A DNA stretch of 31,895 bases from Psammoneis japonica (taxonomy: Eukaryota), in NCBI GenBank assembly GCA_008632985.1, contig QPGO01000253.1, positions 62,001-93,895 of the forward strand, read 5' to 3'. Below are positions 1-10,698 of this stretch, piece by piece. The notes under the pieces are model-generated. The model was not told the origin of the DNA. It did not search any database and saw nothing but the letters and a program-made list of their open reading frames with translations. A program made the translations under genes and the position numbers. Each line of letters opens with the position of its first letter. Position 1 is the stretch's first letter.

Positions 1-1514
1 GACAACTGCGAAACGATGCTGTTTCGATTGCTTTGGTGCAGGACAATTTGCCTGAATTGCAGATCACCCACCAGTGCTCCCTGGCAAACCCAGCATCAAT
101 CATTTGAAAACTTACAGAAAAAAGCAGTGGGTTCGTCGGGAGACTGCTGATCATCTTGGGTTCGGATGGGCGGGTGCTGATCACCTCAAACAGCTTCAAC
201 CATGCGATCAGCACGAAATGGAGTGCACAAAGTTGGTGACTCTTGATGTGACGGTGCCAAAATCTGATGGCATGACAGCGACGGAAAAGGTGACCGTTGA
301 CCCTTTTTTGGCCCCGGCACCTCTCAGTGCTTTGAGTTTCAACACGCCAACAAAGGGCACTCGCGCGTCCAGCGGAAATGGCACAGAACATGAAATCCTG
401 CGGCACGTGTTGAACATGAGCAAACGGGAAGCTTCATTGACGCCGCAAATGCAAATTGCTCTTGCAAAGGAGCAGCTTCTGAATGGTGTGGACCGTGACA
501 AAGAGAACAAACAACCAGAAGAGTTGGGGTGTGGGGACGAGATGAATTCGAAGGAGTCCAAGCCACCCAAAATCAATCTGTTCGATTTGAGTCCGAGTGA
601 AGTCAAACGACGGACGGGATTTGAAGACTTGAAGCACCTGTTGAGCTGCAGCATTGTTTGTTGTGAGGGCAACTTGGACAAGATGGTAGAGACTGCAACG
701 TGCTTGACATTCTTGGAGGAATTGATTCTCATGTACGAGCACACGCACGGTCGGACTCGCTCGCATTGGGAAGACATTGAAAAGGATTGGGGTGCCAACT
801 GCAGGACCTTGCAAAAGGTGATTGATCACCGTCTGCAAAAAGAACTGGAGTGTCGGGAGAGATGGCCGATGCATGCCTCCTGTGCCGAAGACGCCAAGTT
901 TCGTGATGAGAGATGGAATCAGCACTTCAGTCCGGTCGATGGACATCGTGTCATCATGCATGACGGAACGAATGTCCCGCTTCTTGATCCAAGCTCAGGC
1001 GATTTAAATCGAGCGCTTCACAATGTCCACCATGACATGTGTTGTGCAAAGGCTGGTGCAGCTGTGCAGCTGTGCAATTGGATTCTCGGCTTGCCGCTGG
1101 TGACGGGACACTGCGACGATGATCAGCTAATCAGATTCAGCAAGATGCTCGAATTGCAAAAGAACTTTGCAGACAACGACCCAGTTTCAGCTGGCGGCCA
1201 TGGCAAAAATGCAGCAATTGAAGAATTTCTGAACATGTTCGACAAAGGTCATCACATGCTTCTGGAAGCAAAAAGGCTGGGTCAACGTTGCTTGCAACCG
1301 ACAAAGTCGATTCTTTGATGGGCGGTGATGCAACCCTTGTTCAGCATCTGTGGCAGTGGTTGGATCAGGCAATGAGCGTGGCGTGAAGCGTTGCAAACTG
1401 TCTTGGATGCTCAAGCGAGGAATGCAAGACAAGCTGTGCAACGTTGATCGGCTTTGTGATGTTTGGGAGGCATGGAGCTTCCGCGTCAATTTCATGCACG
1501 AAGGCTTCCAGTGA
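1..1514 (+). pseudogene. Degenerate PIF/Harbinger/ISL2EU-like DDE transposase (DDE_Tnp_4-like), 5' end outside the window
   Basis: ORF 74-1318 has RVIMHDGTNVP, CCAKAG..VQLCNW..L..G..DD and FLNMFDKGH (canonical DKGY). After a frameshift near 1320 the C-terminus continues as SGNERGVKRCK..DVWEAWSFRVNFMH to TGA at 1512-1514. Tyr positions read as His/Cys; only about 6 TpA in 1.6 kb. Confidence 0.7.
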
Positions 1515-2896
1515 AGCACGACATTCTGGTGCATGCGATCAGATGCTGCGCTCCACTTGCAGTGTTTTGTGTGGGGAACGAACAACAACAAAGTCTCTAA
1601 CCCAGTTCTCTGTGTGACCCACCGCCTGCTCACTCTAAGAGGGCCCCGGTGTCAGCACCCACCGTACGGCAAACTGAGTCTGTTGTCACTGTCAGTGCCG
1701 TGGTGGTGCTGCACCGGTGCTCACCGTATGTCCGTCGCCATCAGATTTGTGACGTAGGCATTCAGTACAAAGAAGACGTAACATGTACGATAATACCAGG
1801 CCAACGTGCTTTTTACGGGGCCACCAGAAAATGGAAATACAATCGCTCCATGCTTCGTGCGTGCTTCATAACCTTACCGCCCGCCTGTGCGTGCTTCGTT
1901 GGTGCGTAGTCGTCGGTCGTACGATGTTTGTACGGTGTACGGTACCGTATTGTAGCAAGGATTTATAAGTCTGTCAGGATGTACAAGCTGCGTGGAACGC
2001 GTGTTGCCATGCGTGGTCAACAGCCTCTAAGTAATCTTGACGGTGCGAACTCCGCCGTTAAAGTATATAAATTTATTTTTATTTTATATATGTATTTGTA
2101 AAGCAAGAGACCGGACACGCGACGACTCCTCATTTTTTCAAGGGATCGCGCATCATTCATCAGAGCACACACACCATGATAATCGGAGCGCCGCTTATTA
2201 GACTATTGACGATCCTTTCAACAGTACCAACGCTATCTACTAGTCTTTACCTCCATATAGAAACAGATTATGTTGCTTTTTCGAAGGCAAGCGGCCAATT
2301 GTAAGGTGAAAAAAGGATTTTGTATTGACACCACGGTTCGAGACTCATTATCGCTCTCTGTCGCAATCGAATTATATTGTGCTTTTGTTTCGGCATCTCA
2401 CTCATTTTCTTTGACATGTTCGTCTTTATAACTCATATAGAGAAGCTGTTGAGCAACGTATCACCCCTACGGACGAACAATATCTCATACTTTCGTGTCG
2501 GTGTCGACACCATTTCTTTTCAACTCATGTTCTTCCTTATATCGGAACGGGGCTGTGGTGTGTCCTACGCTCTCTTTTGGACTGAACCAAGCAAGCTACA
2601 GTTGATAATTTCACGAATAATGACAATTATAATGTGCAATGGGTTGGATATTGACGTCCATGACCTTGCCGAGTGCCGGTTAGTAGTACTCCCTCGTTCG
2701 GGGACCGAAAACTGGGGTAAATCTTGGTGGCGTGGAGACTCTGCGATTGGAATGCGAGCGAGCGGGCTGGAATCTCGTGCAGTTTACTTCTGAAGGATGT
2801 GTACAATAAGGTATGTTTACATTTAAAGCAGTATTGATGCATCATGCATTTACAGTACCGGCATGACAAACAAACTAACAATATCATTCTCCATCT

Positions 2897-3148
2897 CTAT
2901 CTTTCCCATCTAGGTGGTGTCTTATTTTTGATTCTTGGCCAGTGATGAGGGGCAATGCATAAAATTTTAGTGCTTCTCTCGGGCTTCAAGTAATGGACAA
3001 TGCTTTGGACGAGACGCTTGCATCGTGTGTTTTGCGTCACGCGTATCCTTGCCAGCGGGCGACCCCAAAGTGGATCATTAGCGTGAATCAGCGCTTGTCG
3101 AAACACATGACAATTTGGCGAACTACAGCAGCATACATCATCACTCAT
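2897..3148 (-). pseudogene. Possible THAP-like N-terminal remnant of the P-element transposase
   Basis: MSDDVCCCSSPNC...PLW...ILCIAPHHWP resembles a THAP C2CH layout and lies near one end of the P-like element. No catalytic domain is recognisable downstream. Confidence 0.4.
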
Positions 3149-3260
3149 GGTTACAACAATCAATCAGTCATTGGGTTGATTGGCAATCGGCGGCAGATTT
3201 TAGAGCTACCATATTTGAAATTCCATTTCGTCTCTGTCTTCATCCACGTACGCCACCGCA

Positions 3261-3342
3261 CCATCACATTTCGTGCCGTCTGTTATCCCCCCTCCATCAC
3301 GTTTCGTGTGCCGTCTGTTTTCTCCCCTCCATCACGTTTCGT
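3261..3342. repeat. Short tandem repeat, 33-35 bp unit, about 2.4 copies, inside the P-like element
   Basis: CCATCAC(A/G)TTTCGT(GT)GCCGTCTGTT...CCCCT starts at 3261 and 3294, with a partial copy at 3329. Confidence 0.85.
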
Positions 3343-3543
3343 CTTCGAGGTATCTATGATATTTGTGCATGGTTATTTATAAATGATAAGTTCGTCCCGT
3401 CAGAAGCCCTACGTAGACTGCCGTAAAACGCAGTACAAATTTTAACGGTGTTCGTACCACGCATGGCAACAGGCTCGTGCGTAGATTTGTACCGGAGCTT
3501 GTACATCCTGACAGACTTATAAATCCTTGATTGTAGTTACTGA

Positions 3544-4268
3544 GACTCTGTCCAAACACTATCATAGGTATGATCATACCCACGTCACGCAGGCTTTTAT
3601 GATGACGTCATAGGTCATACCCGTAATGTTCTGTCCAAACACATTCGTACGTATGATAGTACCTCATAGACATTAATCGAATGATTCAAACTTACAGTAC
3701 GCGAAGCAACACCAGATACAACATGAATGAACCAGCGATAACAACACCACGAGAGCGACATGACCATGACGACGAAAACGCAACCATAAGGCGACAATAA
3801 GCCATACAAAGGACACCTATTGATAAAAAAATCATGCTTATGTATAACTTATGGCTAAATCAGTTGTCCGTAAGAGAGTATGACATGAATTTATTTTAAG
3901 AAACTGTTTGGCAAAATGGTTGTGTCAGAAGAGTCCAGAATGGCACACAAAGCCCCCCAAAGACAACAAGCGGCTCATGCATGGTCTTATGTGGTTGCCT
4001 CATATAATATACAGCCACATGCGCTTTGGACGTATCAAAAAACGATGCATATCGGTTGTTTTCGTGTTTCGTCGGTGGGGTATGATGTTGGGGTATGATG
4101 TTTCCGAGGAAGTCTGTTCTCGCGAGAACAAACATCCTCATGAAAGTTGGTATGGCCTAAAATTACGTCATGCATAGGGCTAATAACCACTAATTTTTTC
4201 GAAGAGGCTCATTTTAGGCGCTATGACGTCAGGTATGATCATACGTATGATAGTGTTTGGACAGGGTC
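3544..4268. mobile_element. Tourist-like (PIF/Harbinger) MITE, 725 bp
   Basis: About 37-bp TIR GAC(T/C)CTGTCCAAACACTATCATA(G/C)GTATGATCATACC at 3544-3580 and 4232-4268; 3-bp TSD TGA (3541-3543 and 4269-4271); internal partial TIR copy at 3631-3642; no credible ORF. Confidence 0.85.
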
Positions 4269-4596
4269 TGAAGTAGTAGGGCCTACATATTATGAATATA
4301 TACTGCTGTCAATCTCCAGTCGTGGAAATGACAGTTTTGAGGATAAAGTTTAATATTTAGGATTTTACAGATTGATTACATCAGTGCTTTATGATATAAT
4401 TGAAAGATTGGACATTTCATTGAAATTGAAGGTTAAATAAAAACTGCACAGATAACGGGGTTCACGCCAATTTTTTTTGCAAAAGTGTCTAATTTACGAC
4501 GACAAGTACTGCCAAGCACAGGTGTCGAACTTCTGTGGATCTTAGTTCTTAGTTGAGTGCATGCGTTGTGTGTCTTTTCTCAGTCCACCATGATCA

Positions 4597-6932
4597 ATGA
4601 TGAGGAATGCGTTGCTTCCGCTACTCGTTGCCGTCCAGGCAACCAATGCCTACAAGATCGCCCTTGTTCCCAAGATGACTTCGGCGGTTGGGTTTTACGG
4701 ATTGGTCGAGGAAGGATGTCAAGACAGTGCCGATCAGCAAGAGAACGTAACCTGTTTTTACAACGGAACTTTTGATGCAAGCGTCGAAGGATCTCTAGCT
4801 ATTCTGAACGACCTTATCGACGACGACACCATCGATGGCATTTCTATTTCAGTCCTGGATCAAGACGCCTACACGCCTGTGATTAACAGAGGGATTGCGC
4901 TAGGAAAACCCATCATCACGTTTGACAGCGATGCTCCTGAATCGAACCGCCTGGCGTACATTGGAACGAACAACTACGCTATGGGAAGAGAACTGGCCAA
5001 GCTATTGAAGCAAATCAAACCAGACGGAGGAACATATGGTATTGTTTCTGGCTTCGGACATAATTTACAGGAAAGAGTTCAAGGGGTCCGAGATGGTTTG
5101 GAAGACACACCATGGTTTGAAGTACGCGATTCCCCCAAGAATGGCTTGGAAGATTCCGCTATCAGCCTTGAAAAGATGTGGGAGTTGGTCCAGGAAAATC
5201 CAGCGATAAACGCGATTGTTTCCGTGGTGGGGTTGGTAAGTTTCAATTGAGCTCACTCCTACCAGGTGTACTGTCAATTTGTTTCTTTCTCACATCGGAA
5301 CGAACTCTTACTTTTTGTCTTCAGCCAATGTTCCCAGAGAACACGACAAACTGGAAGAACTTTGTCGATTCAAATCGAGACGTACTAACAGTGATCGCTG
5401 ACGCGCTCCCAGTTCAGCTTAGATTAATGCAAACGAGCTATGTTGACGCCCTCGTGGGACAACTACCATACAACATGGGTTTTCAGTCGGCAAAACGCTT
5501 TTGAAGGTTCTTGACGAGATCAACCAAGGCACTCCGTTAAACGAATCATTACCGTCTGATATCATCTTTGGCACCCATCAGCTAGAAGTCCTTCGCATTC
5601 CGCTCAAATTGCCCCCATTAAGTTTCAATTTCCACTACCTTGGGAATGTGGTTGTCGTCGGATACGTTCTCTGTGCAATTATTATCTTGGTTTCACTTGG
5701 GTTTGTGTACTGGACCGCGTACTTCCGAAAGAATCAGGTTGTCAGGGCTGGTCAACCGATTTTCCTCACCATGATTTGCGCTGGGACAATCTTGATGGCA
5801 TCGGCTATAATTCCTCTGTCCATTGATGACGAGAACAGCCAAACGTCCGCCGACATTGCTTGCATGTGCTCGCCGTGGCTCATCACCATTGGCTTCACTG
5901 TTTCCTTCTCGGCTCTCTTTAGTAAGACGTGGCGGCTGAATCAAATCTTTTTGAGTAAGAATTCCTTGAGACGAATCACGGTGACGGAGAAAGACGTAAG
6001 TATGCCCCAGCTCAATGTTTAACGTGAATCCATAGACATTATTTGTTCTCATTCCATGCGCACTTGTTTGCCAGGTCATGTTACCGTGTGTCGTTCTTTT
6101 GACGATGAATGTCATTGCCCTGATTTGTTGGACTGCGATCGCTCCGCTTAAATATGTTCGCACACTGGAAGATGGGACGGACCCTTGGAACCGTCCTATT
6201 GGTAGTTACGGTCAGTGCAAGAGCACTTCAGGCGCAGCTGGGAATTCTATTCCCTATTTAGTTGTCATTGCAGTCATCAATATTACAGCTCTTTTGGTGG
6301 CAAATTTCCAGGCTTACCGAGCTCGCAATATTAGGACAGATTTCAATGAAAGCTGGTACATTGCACTGACTAATGCGAGCATGCTGCAAGCGATTGTGGT
6401 CTGCCTGCCGATCATTTTCCTAACAAGAGAGAACCCTCAAGCTTATTTCATTGTGCTCTCAGTTGTACTGTTTATTGTTTCGGGAGCAATTCTGGTGTTC
6501 ATTTTTGTTCCCAAGACCCTTGCTTTGAAGAAGCGTCTCAAGAACCAAGACAGCCTGAAGAAAACTGTGAAGATAAGCGGCCTCCGTCTAAGCGGAGTCA
6601 CCGAATTGTCCGAGAGCCAACGTGCAGACATAGCTCAGGGAGGAGATGACCAGGTCAAGGCCCTATTGCAGCAATACCAGCTTCTCCCTTGGGAGGACAA
6701 AATGGCAGTGAAAAAGAAGCTTGCGATAATTTCAGAGGCAGGGTCTACAGTGTACTCGAGTGAGAGCCTGAAGCAGGTGACCTTTCAAGTGGAAGATAGT
6801 ATCCCTTCGAAGGGAGACGCGATTAGTGACGGGGTGGATTCAATTCCAGAATCAAGCCGGAGCGCTACAGAAACAGCGCCCGGAACAAGCTCCGATGGAC
6901 TTTCAGACGTCGCTGATGACATGGAGGCCTAA
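4597..6932 (+). CDS. Class C (GABA-B-like, 7tm_3) GPCR with an N-terminal type I periplasmic sugar-binding-protein-like domain; one frameshift
   Basis: Signal peptide, then RbsB-like motifs (DGISIS, GKPIITFDSD, YIGTNNYAMG, LQERVQG, VDALVGQLPYNMG). The 7TM part has VVRAGQPIFL, CMCSPWLITIGF..FSALFSKTWRL, FNESWYI and IFVPK. Introns 5236-5324 and 5996-6074 (GTAAGT..CAG). One extra A in the run at 5492-5495 would give SAKTLLKV and join the frames. Confidence 0.88.
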
Positions 6933-7090
6933 GGGTCTCCTCCGTGACAGGACTCGTTGGGGAATAACTACACAAGTAAATCGACAAAGAATGGGAATTG
7001 GGGGAGAATCGAGCATTGGAATTCTGAGCCACCGTGCCATTGAACTTCTGCATAATGGTTTTCACGCGTCCGCAAACGGAACTACACATC

Positions 7091-7109
7091 ATATATATAT
7101 ATATATATA
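7091..7109. repeat. (AT)n microsatellite
   Basis: ATATATATATATATATATA downstream of the GPCR stop codon. Confidence 0.9.
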
Positions 7110-7800
7110 ATTGCATCTTGTGCGAAGTTATAAGTCAAAATTTTCTTTTCATTTGTACCGCTTAAAAGATGTCGTGGTTTGTGTGCAACGCCATCACATG
7201 TTGCTTCATAAGGTATTTTGAGCGACTCTACTCAATGCGACGCTCTGCGGCACCAAACTCGAGCCTGCTGTTGCAGTGTAAGAACTGAAGTCAGAAGGAC
7301 CTTTTGTTCAAACTGCAATTGTCGCGATCCATCATTCCTCCTTCCTTCGTGGCTAGCTATTAGCTACTAGAGTAGCTGCTCTACTCTACTACTCTAGCTA
7401 GAGAGTAGGGCCTACTTACTCTAGCTAGAGTGCCGTAGATTGGCAAGATTGGTCCTATTTGGTGGATGGAGTCGTACTTGATACTTTTCTTTGCTTTTCG
7501 CGCAGGTTGTGCTTTTCGTCAGAAAATTCTATTTAGACAGAATTTGTTTAGTTTGTGCATTTTTCCGTTTTAAATTCTGGCGAAATACGGTACGAGATTG
7601 TGTGAAACTCACTCTTTGCTGTGAAATCTGTTTTTCGTGAAAAAAAAAAGAAACGAAAAGGCAGCCAGGGCCGAACCTCTCTATGAGTGTGTTGCTTATG
7701 TTTGTGTACCTCTAACCTGAAACCTTTTCCAACCCGTCACCTTACCTTCTCCTGATCCCTGTGAACAGCATCGCAGCCCATTATAAGTTCGAGTTGGGAC

Positions 7801-8238
7801 ATGAAGACGGCACCTGCCTTCCTTGTCAGTTTGGCAGCTATAATGAGTTCGAATCCACTCACTGGATCATCGGCAACTGCTGAGTCTTCAGGACGAGCGA
7901 CGAATGCTGCGTTTGCGTCGTCGATTCCTCCGGACGGCAAGGATAGTCAAGTGAATGAGGGGATGGATCTGCCGCAGCTACCTGAATCAGATCCTAATGC
8001 TGATATTCCATCTTTGAAACTTGGCGAAAGTATGAAACTCGACCATCTTGGACCCGTGATTATTAATTCAGACGGAACCACTCGACGGATCGACAACTGG
8101 GCCGAACTGACGGACAAAGAAAAAGAAGTTACTTGGCGACGAATTTCGAAGCGAAATGAAGAAAGACGCAAGAAACTTATGGCAGAAATGGAGCAGGAGT
8201 CTCAAGCACAGAGTTCAACTCGCAATGAAGATTTGTGA
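7801..8238 (+). CDS. Small conserved hypothetical protein, 145 aa
   Basis: Clean ATG-to-stop ORF with a hydrophobic N-terminus. The C-terminal motif LDHLGPVIINSDGTTRRIDNW.E.T..E....WRRI..RN resembles an uncharacterised algal/fungal family (recognised from memory). Confidence 0.72.
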   Translation: MKTAPAFLVSLAAIMSSNPLTGSSATAESSGRATNAAFASSIPPDGKDSQVNEGMDLPQLPESDPNADIPSLKLGESMKLDHLGPVIINSDGTTRRIDNWAELTDKEKEVTWRRISKRNEERRKKLMAEMEQESQAQSSTRNEDL

Positions 8239-8747
8239 ACGAAATAATCGACAATGCTTTTTCGCTGAAGAGAATTCCTTAACCTTAGGCTAGAACGACA
8301 CACAGTTGACTGACTCGGTCGCGAATTGTAGAAGTTTTAACGTAGTGGTTCGACTTTTGCGTTTTGCTTAAGTCAAAGTTGTTTGATCCAAAGGTATACA
8401 CTCAAAACACACCGTTTGCCGAGGATTTCATTCCGTACAACGGTATTCTCGTCGGTTCTCTTTCATTATTTCTTCAGTCTGATCGTCTTTGCAAATTATT
8501 TCCGAGGGCCCACATCGTAGGACCTGCTTATCGCCGCCTTTGTTGCCCTTTTCTCTCCGAGTAGATACTCTTCTTGTTCGAAAAGTCGACTGGACCATAA
8601 TCGGAAAGCTATGAAACTGCCGTTCGAGCAAAGATTTCAGTCCGTACGGTAGGTCTGTTCCATTTCACGATCGCTATGGTCGGCCATGATGCATTACAAG
8701 GTTTCGAAGAACGCATGGGATTGTGAATGCATGCGTCCCTTTTACTG

Positions 8748-10146
8748 TTACGATTCACATTCTCGTCGCTGTACTTTTCTTGGAAATTGACTCACAACGT
8801 TGACTTGTTGCATATTTTCCAAATTCACTTGATATTTGTTGTCGTCAAGAGACACCAACATGTTGGAATCGTCATCTTGACAGTGATACCGTTGATAGGC
8901 ATCTTCTAGTCGTACTCGACTCTCCTCATCATAGGATTTCCATCCACCATCCGTGTCGTACCACCAAGTGAAGTGTGGAGATTCTTTTTTTCGTAGTGGC
9001 TCCATAGTGCCGTTTCCATCATCATTACTCAGCACATTGGATTCCGATGATTGTCCGCGATTTAGGAGTGCAATCTCGGTAGTGGTCAAGAGTTTTCCTT
9101 GAGGTGACTGACAGGTAGGACACGCCGATGCTGAACACGCAATGACAATGCGACAGGTGTCGCACCACCAATCTCCCCATCGATAAGAAGTTTTTGATTG
9201 AGATCGAATAGCGATAGCACTAGTGTTGGACGATGATTCTTGTTTTGACGCCTTGTCATTTGAATCATCTAAATGAACGATATCTCCATTTCCGTTCTCA
9301 TGAATTCATTGTCCGTCAATTCGCAGAGCTCTGGGTTTCGATCTTGTTGTTGCCATCGAATAAGAGACCAATTCCCGCGTTGTTTTTAATCCGACAGTTT
9401 CGTATCACGACATTAGAGAATGGAGCATCGATACAGAGTTCAACAGCAGCCTTGTCCCGTCTAATTGTGCCCTGGACTGTACAATCTGTCATTTTCAAGC
9501 TCGTACCTCCGTAAGCATACAATGCCCGAATCGTATGATCCACCAACTGACAATTTTGCAAGGTTAATTGACACGAGTTGGATGGTTTGGTACCGCCACT
9601 TGCTCTCATACAAATTCCATGAACACCCGCATTGATAATTTGACAATCTTCCAAATGACATGTGGTGGCACCGAATCCCACCACGGCCGATCTTGCCGGA
9701 GCGTACAAACGACAATGAATCAAGCGTAATTGCGAGGTTTGTATACCCCACACCGCGAAACCTGCAATCGACGTAATTTCTGCATTACAAACTACACATT
9801 GGGCCCTGTTTCGTACATGAATGGCAGCACCAATTTGTTGAACGGAATCAACATCCTCTGGACTTTGATCATGATGCAAATTTATGTTGTGCAGATGCAA
9901 TTGACTTTTTTGATCCAAGAAGAACAAGGAATGGGTACTGCCAAAAATTGTTGGCTTATGGCTTGAAGAATCACAGACAATTTCCAATCGTTGGCGCTTT
10001 TGTAACCGAATTCTCTCTGGTAGGCGGATCATACAGCACGGATCTTTTGCAGGTGTGACCAAAATGACACGACCACAACCTTTCTCGATAACTGATTGAC
10101 ATGCCTGATGAAACACTTGTGATGAAGCATCATCGTTCGAAGACAA
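8748..10146 (-). CDS. Right-handed beta-helix + RanBP2-like zinc finger + WWE domain protein; apparent frameshifts at about 9295-9330
   Basis: 9316-10146 has parallel beta-helix repeats. The frame leading into ORF 8748-9089 reads GDWWCDTCRIVIACSASACPTC (about 9110-9177), followed by a WWE domain (WWYDTDGGWKSYDEE..LEDAY..YQVNLENMQQVN..RKVQR). Two 1-nt corrections give a natural CELTDNEFHENGNG linker. Confidence 0.68.
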
Positions 10147-10698
10147 TGGACAATTATATCATGTCATTCTCGGCTTTCGCCCCTCTTGTCGTTCGTCATG
10201 GGATGTCGTATCGTCTTGGTGGTCGCAGAGTTGAAAGATCGAACTCGCACGTCGCACGAACGCGCACGCAGAAATCTCAAGCTAAAAAAATCGCACCATG
10301 AGCACTCGCAACGCGGCACCGCTGGGGAAGAACAATGGTTTTCCACGCAAAGGTGCCAATAAGAAAAACAATTTCCAATTTCTGTTTCGCCCCTCTTGCT
10401 ACTTCTTCCTGTCGCAGCTTCGTACCGGCACAGCTTCACAGCTAGCTTCATGCAGCTTCACGACGAAGGCATGATGTGCGAATGTTGGATCGCTTTTTTT
10501 GTTGGCTGGTGGTTCCTGATTCCTTCTAAGGTGACTGACGACTGACCGACGCTCCCGCCTTTTTTTGTCGGACGGATATCGTCTGAGTCGTCCCGCGCCA
10601 TGACGTGCCGTCGATGTTCGTCGATTCGTCAGGGGCATCATTAGTGTTATCATATCGTCCTTTCCTACTGGACAAAGCGTTTGTCATATAACCGATAC

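Larger units (their letters stand above)
1956..3529 (-). mobile_element. Non-autonomous or decayed P-superfamily DNA transposon
   Basis: Perfect 34-bp TIRs CAAGGATTTATAAGTCTGTCAGGATGTACAAGCT (1956-1989 and 3496-3529), flanked by a 7-bp TSD ATTGTAG (1949-1955 and 3530-3536). CAnGG termini with a 7-8 bp TSD are typical of P elements. Confidence 0.88.

Noticed and set aside
3261..3342. CRISPR-like array
   Set aside because: The units are contiguous near-identical repeats with no unique spacers, the context is eukaryotic and there are no cas genes.
2377..4353. Short ORFs inside the P-like element and the MITE
   Set aside because: No recognisable domains apart from the weak THAP-like remnant; they lie within non-autonomous elements.
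4597..5250. Bacterial ABC sugar-binding gene or contamination
   Set aside because: It is spliced through a GT-AG intron towards a 7TM domain, and no permease or ATPase genes are adjacent.
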